Assembly: GCF_963921235.1 (NCBI RefSeq) | Contig: NC_086109.1 | Coordinates: 22,198,001 to 22,262,000, forward strand | Origin: Mobula hypostoma | Lineage: Eukaryota | Length of the DNA: 64,000 nt | Reading direction: 5' to 3' | Shown here: positions 38,182 to 47,957 of the stretch, piece by piece | Position numbering within the stretch: position 1 is the stretch's first letter | Layout: each line of letters starts with the position of its first letter | Made by a program: the position numbers and the translations under genes | The notes under the pieces: model-generated | Databases searched by the model: none | The model's input: the letters and a program-made list of their open reading frames with translations, nothing else | What the model was told of the DNA's origin: nothing

Positions 38182-38386
38182 CAGCTTTTTTCTTAAAGAT
38201 GTGCTGTGTGGCTCCCGGCTACCCCTGCATGCTTCGCGGCAATGTATCACTCGGCGGCCTGGAGGGTGGGGGCCACTGCACCACCCAAACTCCGACTCAG
38301 CCTAACACACCATCCTCAGTGTGCTCGGCGCTGCCTTCCCGATTCCGGTAAGTGATACTACACTGTATATACATTATTTCTACTTC

Positions 38387-38709
38387 TGATTCGAAGAAGG
38401 AGTCTGAGAGTCTGAGTGGGAGTGCCGAGAAAGAGATTTTTGAAATTTTCGTTATTTTTTTTCTCCAACGGCTTTCTGAGAGGCGGGACTGCGCAGGCGT
38501 GTGACGTCGGGCAGTGCAGCGCGGCAGATTTAAAAGGGCAGACATCCTGCTTCGGATTTGATTCGAAGAAGGAGTCTGAGAGTCTGAGTGGGAGTGCCGA
38601 GAAAGAGATTTTTGAAATTTTCGTTATTTTTTTTCTCCAACGGCTTTCTGAGAGGCGGGACTGCGCAGGCGTGTGACGTCGGGCAGTGCAGCGCGGCAGA
38701 TTTAAAAGG
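38387..38709 (+). repeat. 172-bp tandem monomers in the CR1 5' UTR (~1.9 copies)
   Basis: 38387-38537 is repeated at 38559-38709; identical peptides in ORFs 38416 and 38588 (offset 172). Confidence 0.95.
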
Positions 38710-38871
38710 AACAGAGCCTCAGAGAGCGGGCAGCGTAGTTTGCGGGCGGCGGAGTGAGCCGGGAGCAGAGTGAAGACTTAAGGGCTTCGGCTCACCGGGC
38801 TTAGGCGGAAGCGGGCGAGGCGAGGAAGGTTTGACATTCATTTTCTGTTGCTATTTGAGGAGAGGGGCATT

Positions 38872-39807
38872 ATGACTGTGAGGGCAGTTTGCTGTTCTCG
38901 GTGTCGGATGTGGGAGGCCCTGGAGTCTCCAAGCCTCCCGGACGTCTACATCTGCGCCAAGTGCATCGAGATGCAGCTCCTAAGGGACCGCGTTACGGAA
39001 CTGGAGCTGCAGCTCGATGACCTTCGTCTGGTCAGGGAGAGTGAGGAGGTGATAGAGAGGAGTGGAAGGCAGGTGGTCACGCCGGGGCCACGGGAGGCAG
39101 ACAAGTGGGTCATGGTTAGGAGGGGGAAGGGGAAAAGGCAGGTGATGGGGAGTACCCCGGCGGCTGTGCCCCTTAACAATAGGTACTCCTGTTTGAGTAC
39201 TGTTGGGGGGGACAGCTTACCCGGGGGAAGCGACAGTGGCCCTGCCTCCGGCACAGAGTCTGGCCCTGTAGCTCAGAAGGGTAGGGCAAGGAAGAGGAGG
39301 GCAGTTGTGATAGGGGACTCGATAGTAAGGGGGTCAGATAGGCGATTCTGTGGACGCAGTCCAGAGACTCGGATGGTAGTTTGCCTCCCTGGTGCCAGGG
39401 TCCGGGATATTTCTGATCGTGTCCAAGATATCCTGAAGTGGGAGGGTGAAGAGCCAGAGGTCCTGGTACATATAGGTACCAATGACATAGGTAGGAAAAG
39501 GGATGAGGTCCTGAAAGAAGAATATAGGGAGCTAGGAAGGGAGTTGAGAAAAAGGACCGCAAAGGTAGTAATCTCGGGATTACTGCCTGTGCCACGCGAC
39601 AGTGAGAGTAGGAATGCAATGAGGTGGAGAATAAATGCGTGGCTGAGGGATTGGAGCAGGGGGCAGGGATTCAAGTTTTTGGATCATTGGGACCTCTTTT
39701 GGCGCAGGTGTGACCTGTACAAAAAGGACGGGTTACACTTAAATCCTAGGGGGACCAATATCCTGGCAGGGAGATTAGCGGGGGCTACTGAGGTGACTTT
39801 AAACTAG
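38872..39807 (+). CDS. CR1 ORF1p: Cys-rich zinc finger, leucine zipper, SGNH esterase domain
   Basis: CxxC...CxxC, LRDRVTELELQLDDL, GDSIVR, HIGTND, DGLHLN; first ATG at 38872. Confidence 0.93.
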   Translation: MTVRAVCCSRCRMWEALESPSLPDVYICAKCIEMQLLRDRVTELELQLDDLRLVRESEEVIERSGRQVVTPGPREADKWVMVRRGKGKRQVMGSTPAAVPLNNRYSCLSTVGGDSLPGGSDSGPASGTESGPVAQKGRARKRRAVVIGDSIVRGSDRRFCGRSPETRMVVCLPGARVRDISDRVQDILKWEGEEPEVLVHIGTNDIGRKRDEVLKEEYRELGRELRKRTAKVVISGLLPVPRDSESRNAMRWRINAWLRDWSRGQGFKFLDHWDLFWRRCDLYKKDGLHLNPRGTNILAGRLAGATEVTLN

Positions 39808-42800
39808 AATGGTTGGGGGGTGGGAATCAAATTAAAGCGGCTAGGTGTGAGGAGGTTAGTTCACAACAGAGGGATGGGAACCAGTGCAGAGAGACAGAGG
39901 GGTGTAAAGTGAGCGTAGAAGCAAAAAGTACAAAGGGGAAAAGTAAAAGTGGCAGGCCGACAAATCCAGGGCAAGCATTAAAAAGGGCTAAGAGAGTTGT
40001 AAAAGAGCGCCTGAAGGCTTTATGTGTCAATGCAAGGAGCATTCGTAATAAGGTGGATGAATTGAAAGTGCAGATTGTTATTAATGATTATGATATAGTT
40101 GGGATCACAGAGACATGGCTCCAGGGTGACCAGGGATGGGAGCTCAACGTTCAGGGATATTCAATATTCAGGAGGGATAGACATGAAGGAAGGGGAGGTG
40201 GGGTGGCGTTGCTGGTTAAAACAGAGATTAACGCAATAGAAAGGAAGGACATAAGCCGGGAAGATGTGGAATTGATATGGGTAGAGCTGCGTAACACTAA
40301 GGGGCAGAAGACGCTGGTGGGAGTTGTGTACAGGCCACCTAACAGTAGTAGTGAGGTCGGAGATGGTATTAAACAGGAAATTAGAAATGTGTGCAATAAA
40401 GGAACAGCAGTTATAATGGGTGACTTCAATCTACATGTAGACTGGGTGAACCAAATTGGTAAAGGTGCTGAGGAAGAGGATTTCTTGGAATGTATGCGGG
40501 ATGGTTTTTTGAACCAACATGTAGAGGAACCGACTAGAGAGCAGGCTATTCTGGACTGGGTTTTGAGCAATGAGGAAGGGTTAATTAGCGATCTTGTCGT
40601 GAGAGGCCCCTTGGGTAAGAGTGACCATAATATGGTGGAATTCTTCATTAACATGGAGAGTGACGTAGTTAATTCAGAAACAAAGGTTCTGAACTTAAAG
40701 AGGGGTAACTTTGAAGGTATGAGACGTGAATTAGCTAAGATAGACTGGCAAATGACACTTCAAGGATTGACAGTGGATATGCAATGGCAGGCATTTAAAG
40801 GTTGCATGGATGAACTACAATTGTTCATCCCAGTTTGGCAAAAGAATAAATCAAGGAAGGTAGTGCACCCGTGGCTGACAAGAGAAATTAGGGATAGTAT
40901 CAATTCCAAAGAAGTAGCATACAAATTAGCCAGAGAAAGTGGCTCACCTGAGGACTGGGAGAAATTCAGAGTTCAGCAGAGGAGGACAAAGGACTTAATT
41001 AGGAAGGGGAAAAAAGATTATGAGAGAAAACTGGCAGAGAACATAAAAACGGACTGTAAAAGCTTTTATAGATATGTAAAAAGGAAAAGACTGATAAAGA
41101 CAAATGTAGGTCCCCTGCAAACAGAAACAGGTGAATTGATTATGGGGAGCAAGGACATGGCAGACCAATTGAATAATTACTTTGGTTCTGTCTTCACTAA
41201 GGAGGACATAAATAATCTTCCAGAAATAGTAAGGGACAGAGGGTCCAGTGAGATGGAGGAACTGAGCGAAATACATGTTAGTAGGGAAGTGGTGTTAGGT
41301 AAATTGAAGGGATTGAAGGCAGATAAATCCCCAGGGCCAGATGGTCTGCATCCCAGAGTGCTTAAGGAAGTGGCCCAAGAAATAGTGGATGCATTAGTGA
41401 TAATTTTTCAAAACTCGTTAGATTCTGGACTAGTTCCTGAGGATTGGAGGGTGGCTAATGTAACCCCACTTTTTAAAAAAGGAGGGAGAGAGAAACCGGG
41501 GAATTATAGGCCGGTTAGCCTAACGTCGGTGGTGGGGAAACTGCTGGAGTCAGTTATCAAGGATGTGATAACAGCACATTTGGAAAGCGGTGAAATGATC
41601 GGACAAAGTCAGCATGGATTTGTGAAAGGAAAATCATGTCTGACGAATCTCATAGAATTTTTTGAGGATGTAACTAGTAGAGTGGATAGGGGAGAACCAG
41701 TGGATGTGGTATATTTGGATTTTCAAAAGGCTTTTGACAAGGTCCCACACAGGAGATTAGTGTGCAAACTTAAAGCACACGGTATTGGGGGTAAGGTATT
41801 GGTGTGGGTGGAGAATTGGTTAGCAGACAGGAAGCAAAGAGTGGGAATAAACGGGACCTTTTCAGAATGGCAGGCGGTGACTAGTGGGGTACCGCAAGGC
41901 TCAGTGCTGGGACCCCAGTTGTTTACAATATATATTAATGACTTGGATGAGGGAATTAAATGCAGCATCTCCAAGTTTGTGGATGACACAAAGCTGGGTG
42001 GCAGTGTTAGCAGTGAGGAGGATGCTAAGAGGATGCAGGGTGACTTGGATAGGTTGGGTGAGTGGGCAAACTCATGGCAGATGCAATTTAATGTGGATAA
42101 ATGTGAAGTTATCCACTTTGGTGGCAAAAATAGGAAAACAGATTATTATCTGAATGGTGGCCGATTAGGAAAAGGGGAGGTGCAACGAGACCTGTGTGTC
42201 ATTATACACCAGTCATTGAAAGTGGGCATGCAGGTACAGCAGGCGGTGAAAAAGGCGAATGGTATGCTGGCATTTATAGCGAGAGGATTCGAGTACAGGA
42301 GCAGGGAGGTACTACTGCAGTTGTACAAGGCCTTGGTGAGACCACACCTGGAGTATTGTGTGCAGTTTTGGTCCCCTAATCTGAGGAAAGACATCTTTGC
42401 CATAGAGGGAGTACAAAGAAGGTTCACCAGATTGATTCCTGGGATGGCAGGTCTTTCATATGAAGAAAGACTGGATGAACTGGGCTTGTACTCGTTGGAA
42501 TTTAGAAGATTGAGGGGGGATCTGATTGAAACGTATAAGATCCTAAAGGGATTGGACAGGCTAGATGCGGGAAGATTGTTCCCGATGTTGGGGAGGTCTA
42601 GAACGAGGGGTCACAGTTTGAGGATAGAGGGGAAGCCTTTTAGGACCGAGGTTAGGAAAAACTTCTTCACACAGAGAGTGGTGAATCTGTGGAATTCTCT
42701 GCCACAGCAAACTGTTGAGGCCAGTTCATTAGCTATGTTTAAAAGGAAGTTAGATATGGCCCTTGTGGCTACAGGGGTCAGGGGGTATGGAGGGAAGGCT

Positions 42801-42809
42801 GGGTTCTGA
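39792..42809 (+). CDS. CR1 ORF2p: APE endonuclease plus reverse transcriptase (open from 39792; no upstream AUG)
   Basis: NARSIRNK, ITETWL, YRPP, GDFN, SDHN; NYRPVSLTS, DFQKAFDKVPH, GVPQGSVLGP, KFVDD; about 1000 uninterrupted codons. Confidence 0.96.
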   Translation, partial: GDFKLEWLGGGNQIKAARCEEVSSQQRDGNQCRETEGCKVSVEAKSTKGKSKSGRPTNPGQALKRAKRVVKERLKALCVNARSIRNKVDELKVQIVINDYDIVGITETWLQGDQGWELNVQGYSIFRRDRHEGRGGGVALLVKTEINAIERKDISREDVELIWVELRNTKGQKTLVGVVYRPPNSSSEVGDGIKQEIRNVCNKGTAVIMGDFNLHVDWVNQIGKGAEEEDFLECMRDGFLNQHVEEPTREQAILDWVLSNEEGLISDLVVRGPLGKSDHNMVEFFINMESDVVNSETKVLNLKRGNFEGMRRELAKIDWQMTLQGLTVDMQWQAFKGCMDELQLFIPVWQKNKSRKVVHPWLTREIRDSINSKEVAYKLARESGSPEDWEKFRVQQRRTKDLIRKGKKDYERKLAENIKTDCKSFYRYVKRKRLIKTNVGPLQTETGELIMGSKDMADQLNNYFGSVFTKEDINNLPEIVRDRGSSEMEELSEIHVSREVVLGKLKGLKADKSPGPDGLHPRVLKEVAQEIVDALVIIFQNSLDSGLVPEDWRVANVTPLFKKGGREKPGNYRPVSLTSVVGKLLESVIKDVITAHLESGEMIGQSQHGFVKGKSCLTNLIEFFEDVTSRVDRGEPVDVVYLDFQKAFDKVPHRRLVCKLKAHGIGGKVLVWVENWLADRKQRVGINGTFSEWQAVTSGVPQGSVLGPQLFTIYINDLDEGIKCSISKFVDDTKLGGSVSSEEDAKRMQGDLDRLGEWANSWQMQFNVDKCEVIHFGGKNRKTDYYLNGGRLGKGEVQRDLCVIIHQSLKVGMQVQQAVKKANGMLAFIARGFEYRSREVLLQLYKALVRPHLEYCVQFWSPNLRKDIFAIEGVQRRFTRLIPGMAGLSYEERLDELGLYSLEFRRLRGDLIETYKILKGLDRLDAGRLFPMLGRSRTRGHSLRIEGKPFRTEVRKNFFTQRVVNLWNSLPQQTVEASSLAMFKRKLDMALVATGVRGYGGKAGF

Positions 42810-43277
42810 GTTGGATGATCAGCCATGATCATAATAAATGGCGATGCAGGCTCGAAGGGCCGAATGGCCTACTCCTGCACCTATTTTCTATGTTTCTATA
42901 TAGGCTGTGTATTTTTACGTGTTATTTGGTATGATTTGGCAGCTTCATAGCTTAAAGGTTACTGGAGAGCGCTTGCACCAGGTTTTGGCCAACAGCGCTT
43001 GCGTGAGATTTTCTGCCGACGGCGCTTGCGTGAGATTTTCGCTATGGAGAACAGTTCAGTAATGATTGTGGAAAAGTATTTCTATTTTATATAGGCTGTG
43101 TATTTATCATATCATTCCTGCTTTTAGTATGTGTTACTGTTATTTTAGGTCTTACGTGTTATTTGGCGTGATTTGGTAGGTTATTTTTGGGTCTGCGAAC
43201 GCTCACAAAATTTTCCCATAGAAATAAATGGTAATTGCTTGTTCGCTTTATGACATTTCGGCTTACGAACCGTTTCA

Positions 43278-44352
43278 AAGGATACAATAAAACGCATCAC
43301 TTTCTGTGTATAGTAAGCCTTAATTGTGGCTATTAGGCCTTGGTGGCACAGCTGCAGCAACGATGTTGTATTCGGCGGTAAGAACGCAACACGAATGTTA
43401 CTGCCATACTCGGTAATGTCAGGCGGATGAGCAGCACAATTATTGACAATCACAAGACACCTATTATCGAGGTTATTTTCTCTACAGTATTTTTCAACAA
43501 AAGGACTTGCGTATCCACTCATGTACTCAGGAAAAAGCACTTGGGTATTCCAACCACTTGGATGTGAACAGAACACAACGGGAAGTGTTTTAAGTGCCCT
43601 CGGATTTTCTGAATGGTACACTAGTGGAGGCTTAAGGACAGCATCATCAATGGCGTTAATAATAGGCATTAGGGTAAACCTGTCCTTTGATGCCTTGTGT
43701 CCCTTAGCCTGTTTTTCTTCTATCAAAATAAATGTCTTGCTCGGCAATTTTTCCAATAAATTGCAGTTTTGTCACAGTTAAACACTTGCTTATACAAATA
43801 ACCACCTTCTGTAATTATTTTCTTCAGTTCTGCTGGGAACTTTTCGGCAGCTTCAGTATCAGACGAAGCACTCTGTCCAGTCAATGTTAAACTATGAAGC
43901 TGCCCTCGCATCAGAAACCGATCAAACCACCCATGACTATCTTTAAATTCCACTTTCGCAACACTTTCATCACCATCGTCCAGTGCTTTTTGTTTCAGCT
44001 TATTAAAAAGACTGACTGATTTCTCCTTAAGTATAAGAAAACTTAATGGAACACCACGCTTTGTACACCCATTAATCCACTCAAGCAATAGACTTTACAT
44101 TTTATCCATTATTGGATGCCGACTAAGGGAGAGCACTTTGCTATGAGCAGAACCTACAGTAACATCAGCAGCGTTCAAAATTCTTTCTCTCTGCATATAA
44201 ATAGAGCGAATGGTGGAAGCAGGCAAGTTCAACGTGCGGACAATGTCCTTACTTCATTCACCATGATCGAAACGCTTAATTATGTTTAGTTTTATGCTAA
44301 GTGTAACACCCTTACAAGTTCTTTTAGGCTTTTCTGATACCTTAGAACTCAT
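43278..44352 (-). pseudogene. Tigger transposase remnant (HTH_psq, CENP-B HTH, DDE_1), disrupted
   Basis: ATG at 44352 (MSSKVSEKPK); FKDSHGWFDRF, VFNCDKT, KASKDRFT, IVNNCAAH, FLPPNTTSLLQLCHQG. Has stops, a frameshift near 43750, substituted Asp positions and a 3' truncation. Confidence 0.88.
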
Positions 44353-44907
44353 CTTGCTAACGGATGCACAAAATAAATCGAGATAAAGCACGTGTTTAAG
44401 CAATGGCAGCTAGAATGCAGTTCCGGGGGAGGAGCTTGGCTGCTTGGGCGTGCGCTGCCTTTTCTCATAACAGTGAAAGCACCTGTTAGCGAAAACAGGT
44501 AACTAGTAGGTCTTTCGTAACAGCGAGGTGTTGTAAAGCGAACGTTCGGAAAATGGGGGCCACCTGTACAGTAAAGGTGTTCAAGAGGCTCTTAAGCATG
44601 TGAATGTGCAGAGAATGGAGGAATAAAGTCATTGTGTAGGCTGAAGTTAGTTTATATAAATACTGGCTTAAATAAGGCCTGTTCCTATGTCGAAGGTGTT
44701 CTATATGTTCATTTGGGAAAGGAAAGGGAAGGGAGGCAGATGAATTGAGCAGCTCAAGCCCACATAGGCAAGATGTGCCGGATTGCCTGTGTTCTGGTTC
44801 TGTGAACCATCAGTCTTGGTTGAGGTATCTATCCTAAAAACAAAACTGTTTAGCTACACCTCCTGCGTGTGACTCATCCACCCTCTGAATAACTTTCTCT
44901 CCAACAG

Positions 44908-45117
44908 AAGATCAACATGATGATGGTCGAGATGCAGGTTTGGACCCTGCAGAGAATGGTTCTCCACGGATGAATCACGCAGACCATACCCACAGAGCTC
45001 CCCAGGGCCCCAGCACAGCTGAGTCTGCGCAGTCCTACGATATTGTCCTGCAGCGTAAAGAGACTGAAGGGTTTGGCTTTGTCATTATCACCTCAAAGAA
45101 CAGATCCTCTGTTATTG
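44908..45117 (+). CDS. MAGI3: MAGI3-like exon I (NGSPR linker, PDZ4 start YDIVLQRKETEGFGFVIITSKN)
   Basis: aacag acceptor, gtaagt donor; 210 nt, phase 1 to 1. Confidence 0.92.
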
Positions 45118-46866
45118 GTAAGTACAACATGCTCTTCATGATGTGTTGCTAGGAGGAAAATATGGATTCTGTATGCATTAGATCAGAACAAATCTCATCA
45201 CTTGTGTGAAATCTTTGCTCTCGATTGGGTATGCGTGCCATTGAGTCAAGTACCGCTTACTGCCCATTCTGAGCCTCTGATCTGGCATCTCGAATCGTCA
45301 CAGCCAAGGCAATCCACGTCCCTTTCCAATATCCAAGAGGTTGAGCAAGAACCAATGGATTGTTGGGACATTGGTGCAACATGTGATCTTTTTGCCTCCT
45401 TTGAGGAAAATCAGATTATGTGGGCTGGGGTTAACCTGACTGCAGAGCAGATAAATGATAGGAAGCCATGAAACACTATATATTTGCCAGGTGCACCTTT
45501 TTGCACACTTGATTTGACTTGTTTTCTATTTCCAAATCAAATATTTTGGCTACAGTATGTACTCTTGGCTTAATGCAGCAACTATCCTGAACAATCTATT
45601 TTGCTTATTTTTTTAGTAGTACAGAAAATATGACAACATTTCTATAAATGGGAGATCTGCAAGACCGTTTGGACAAGGTTTGCAGACCTGAAACCTTGAC
45701 TACTTATGTTTCCATAGGTGCTGCCTAACCTGCTGTGATTTTCCACCACTGCAGTTTCTTAAAATTTTATTTTACGCATGTATTGCCCAGGCTAGGGCAA
45801 TTTGGTTAAGCAATTTAGTTTGAACAGGTGACTTAGGGAAGATTTAGCTAAGATGTATACACTAAATTGAATGTGTGGAAAGGGCTATTTAACTTCCCAG
45901 GGGACATATATAGGGGGTTTGAAAATGCTTTTATTCAAACAATGATGGGGTCACTGCTTGAAAGATTGCTGGAGATAGAAACCCTGCTCACTTTTAAGAA
46001 TTACCTGGATGATCTCTGTAAGTGCTTGGATTTGCAGGTTATGAACTGTATTTTTTATGATTGATTTTTGATACGGGTTGAACATTGCATCATTTTTAGA
46101 TTCTGTGAAGCATTCTGATTGCAAATTCTTTCAAGTATTCAGTACATAAGCATTCATTCTACGATAAAATATTCCTTTAATATAATGAGAAAAATCAATT
46201 TTGTGTTTCACATTTTTCAAGTTTTCAGTGTAATGTGCCACCTAATGGCCTGGTTCAGTCACTACTTCATGGTCTTCTCCAGGGAGCCGCAGCAAATAAT
46301 TTTTTCTGCCGTCATTCTCTCCTCCCTCAGCTGTACCACCACCTTCTTTCCTGTTATGGAATTTGTGAGGGGGGGGTATGAATTGAGACAAAACAACTTT
46401 GAGGGTGAGATGGGTTAGTTGAGATAGAATACCATCAGAGATCATTTTCACACTAAACAATTACAAAGGGTCTTTCATGCCATTCTGTTTAATCCACAAA
46501 TCGATTAATTCACTGTGAATTGCTTCTTAACTCCAGTCTGAGTTTATTAACTATAATAACCTTGCTAATAACCCTCTAACCTCAGTTTTGAAAATTTTAG
46601 TTCTTCCATACAAGCTCTGTAATGAGGTTTTGATGCTACTCTTCAATGTCTGAGATCTAATTCTTAGGCTATGGCCCTTTTCCAGTTCCCAAAAGAAATA
46701 ACTTTCACTTACTAACCTTGGTAATTCTTTAATAATCTTAAACAACACAATAAGATCATTCCTTTACTCTTATATTTATTAGGGAATGTAATCTATTGTA
46801 CAACCCATAACTTAATCTAATTTCTTTATTTAAACCTTAACACTTTCCTGATTCTAGTAGGATTAA

Positions 46867-47187
<321 letters not shown>

Positions 47188-47847
47188 TAGACCCTGATTA
47201 ACCCGCAGATGCCAACACATCCTGGGACTTGGCCATCAAGGAGGCAGCTTTGTCAGGGATAGTCCTTTTCCCAAGCCTCTAGGTCCCAGATAATAGAAAA
47301 GGACCACATCCCTCAAGTGGATGACTGTGATTTGAGAGAAACATTGCCCATCAGTGTCCTTTTGGGGATTGTTTATGCTACAGACTTGTGCCCACCAGAT
47401 ATTGTATAGAACTTTAGCATCAGATTTCACCTGGGAATTTTGTGGTGGGAGAGACCGAGGTCTGGGCCAGATTTAAATTGGATCTCAAAGCTGACAGACT
47501 GGCCACCTTTATTTCACTGTGCATTGCGCACCCCTCTCGTAAGCTGGTATAGTGAAGCTGCTGAGAATTGGAGCAGTTCTGTTGAGAGAAGTCTTTCCCC
47601 CTTGCCTCAAACAGTATCTGTGCTTCAAGTCCTATGAGTAATGGGGAAGGATTGTTTCCTACCAGGATTGTTACCTTTCAGTTGGCCTCCAAAGTACAGT
47701 AGCTAGTGTACAGAAGTCTGGCTGTACAGTAACAGTACCTGAGCTTGTAGAGCATTGACCTGCCAGCAGGTTCTTGCTTGAACATTCTTTTTGTGAAAAA
47801 ATTAACAGTAAATTTATTAATGCACTTTCACTTTGTCTTTCTTCAAG

Positions 47848-47956
47848 ATGTTACTGGCCCTCCTTCAGGAGGCAGCTCAGCCAGACAGAGTCCAGCCTTG
47901 CAACATAAACCCATGGGACAAACTCCAACACTACACGTCCCAGCACAGGACAACAG
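47848..47956 (+). CDS. MAGI3: MAGI3-like exon K ([22 protein letters not shown])
   Basis: ttcaag acceptor, gtaaga donor; 109 nt, phase 1 to 2. Confidence 0.92.
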
Positions 47957-47957
47957 G

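Larger units (their letters stand above)
38387..42900 (+). mobile_element. Full-length CR1 LINE with both ORFs open
   Basis: CpG-rich 5' UTR, ORF1, ORF2, 3' stem-loop and TTCTATGTTTCTAT tail; Tigger B sequence resumes on both sides. Confidence 0.97.
35205..43277 (+). mobile_element. Tigger/pogo element B, internally deleted, same family, inserted in A in the opposite orientation
   Basis: Starts TA|CAGGTGTTCCCCGCTTTTCGAACG, homologous to the 5' end of A. Encodes MSSMVSEKPKRARKGVTLSVKLDIIKRFDRGE from 35431 and then jumps to the acidic C-terminus. 43136-43277 matches the reverse complement of 35061-35204; the last ~37 bp including the TIR are missing. Confidence 0.85.
35024..44566 (-). mobile_element. 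Tigger/pogo DNA transposon A (5' part 44566-43278, 3' end 35204-35024)
   Basis: Imperfect TIRs CAGGTTTCCCCCGCTATCCGAA / CAGGTGGCCCCCATTTTCCGAA flanked by TA. Confidence 0.88.
34730..44705 (+). mobile_element. Old CR1 3' fragment split in two (34730-35023 and 44567-44705) by the Tigger nest
   Basis: ...GTGAAAGCAAATA | CAGTAAAGGTGTTCAAGAGGCTCTT rejoins into a colinear CR1 3' end; TA is duplicated at 35022-35023 and 44567-44568. Confidence 0.8.

Noticed and set aside
38297..38773. Duplicated short ORFs (38416, 38588)
   Set aside because: By-products of the 172-bp UTR monomers; GTG starts.
38946..42832. Several minus-strand ORFs over the CR1
   Set aside because: Antisense shadows of ORF1 and ORF2; similar shadows recur over decayed copies.
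43181..44088. Domesticated TIGD/CENP-B-like host gene
   Set aside because: Stops, frameshift, altered catalytic residues and flanking TIRs with a TA duplication indicate a dead transposon.
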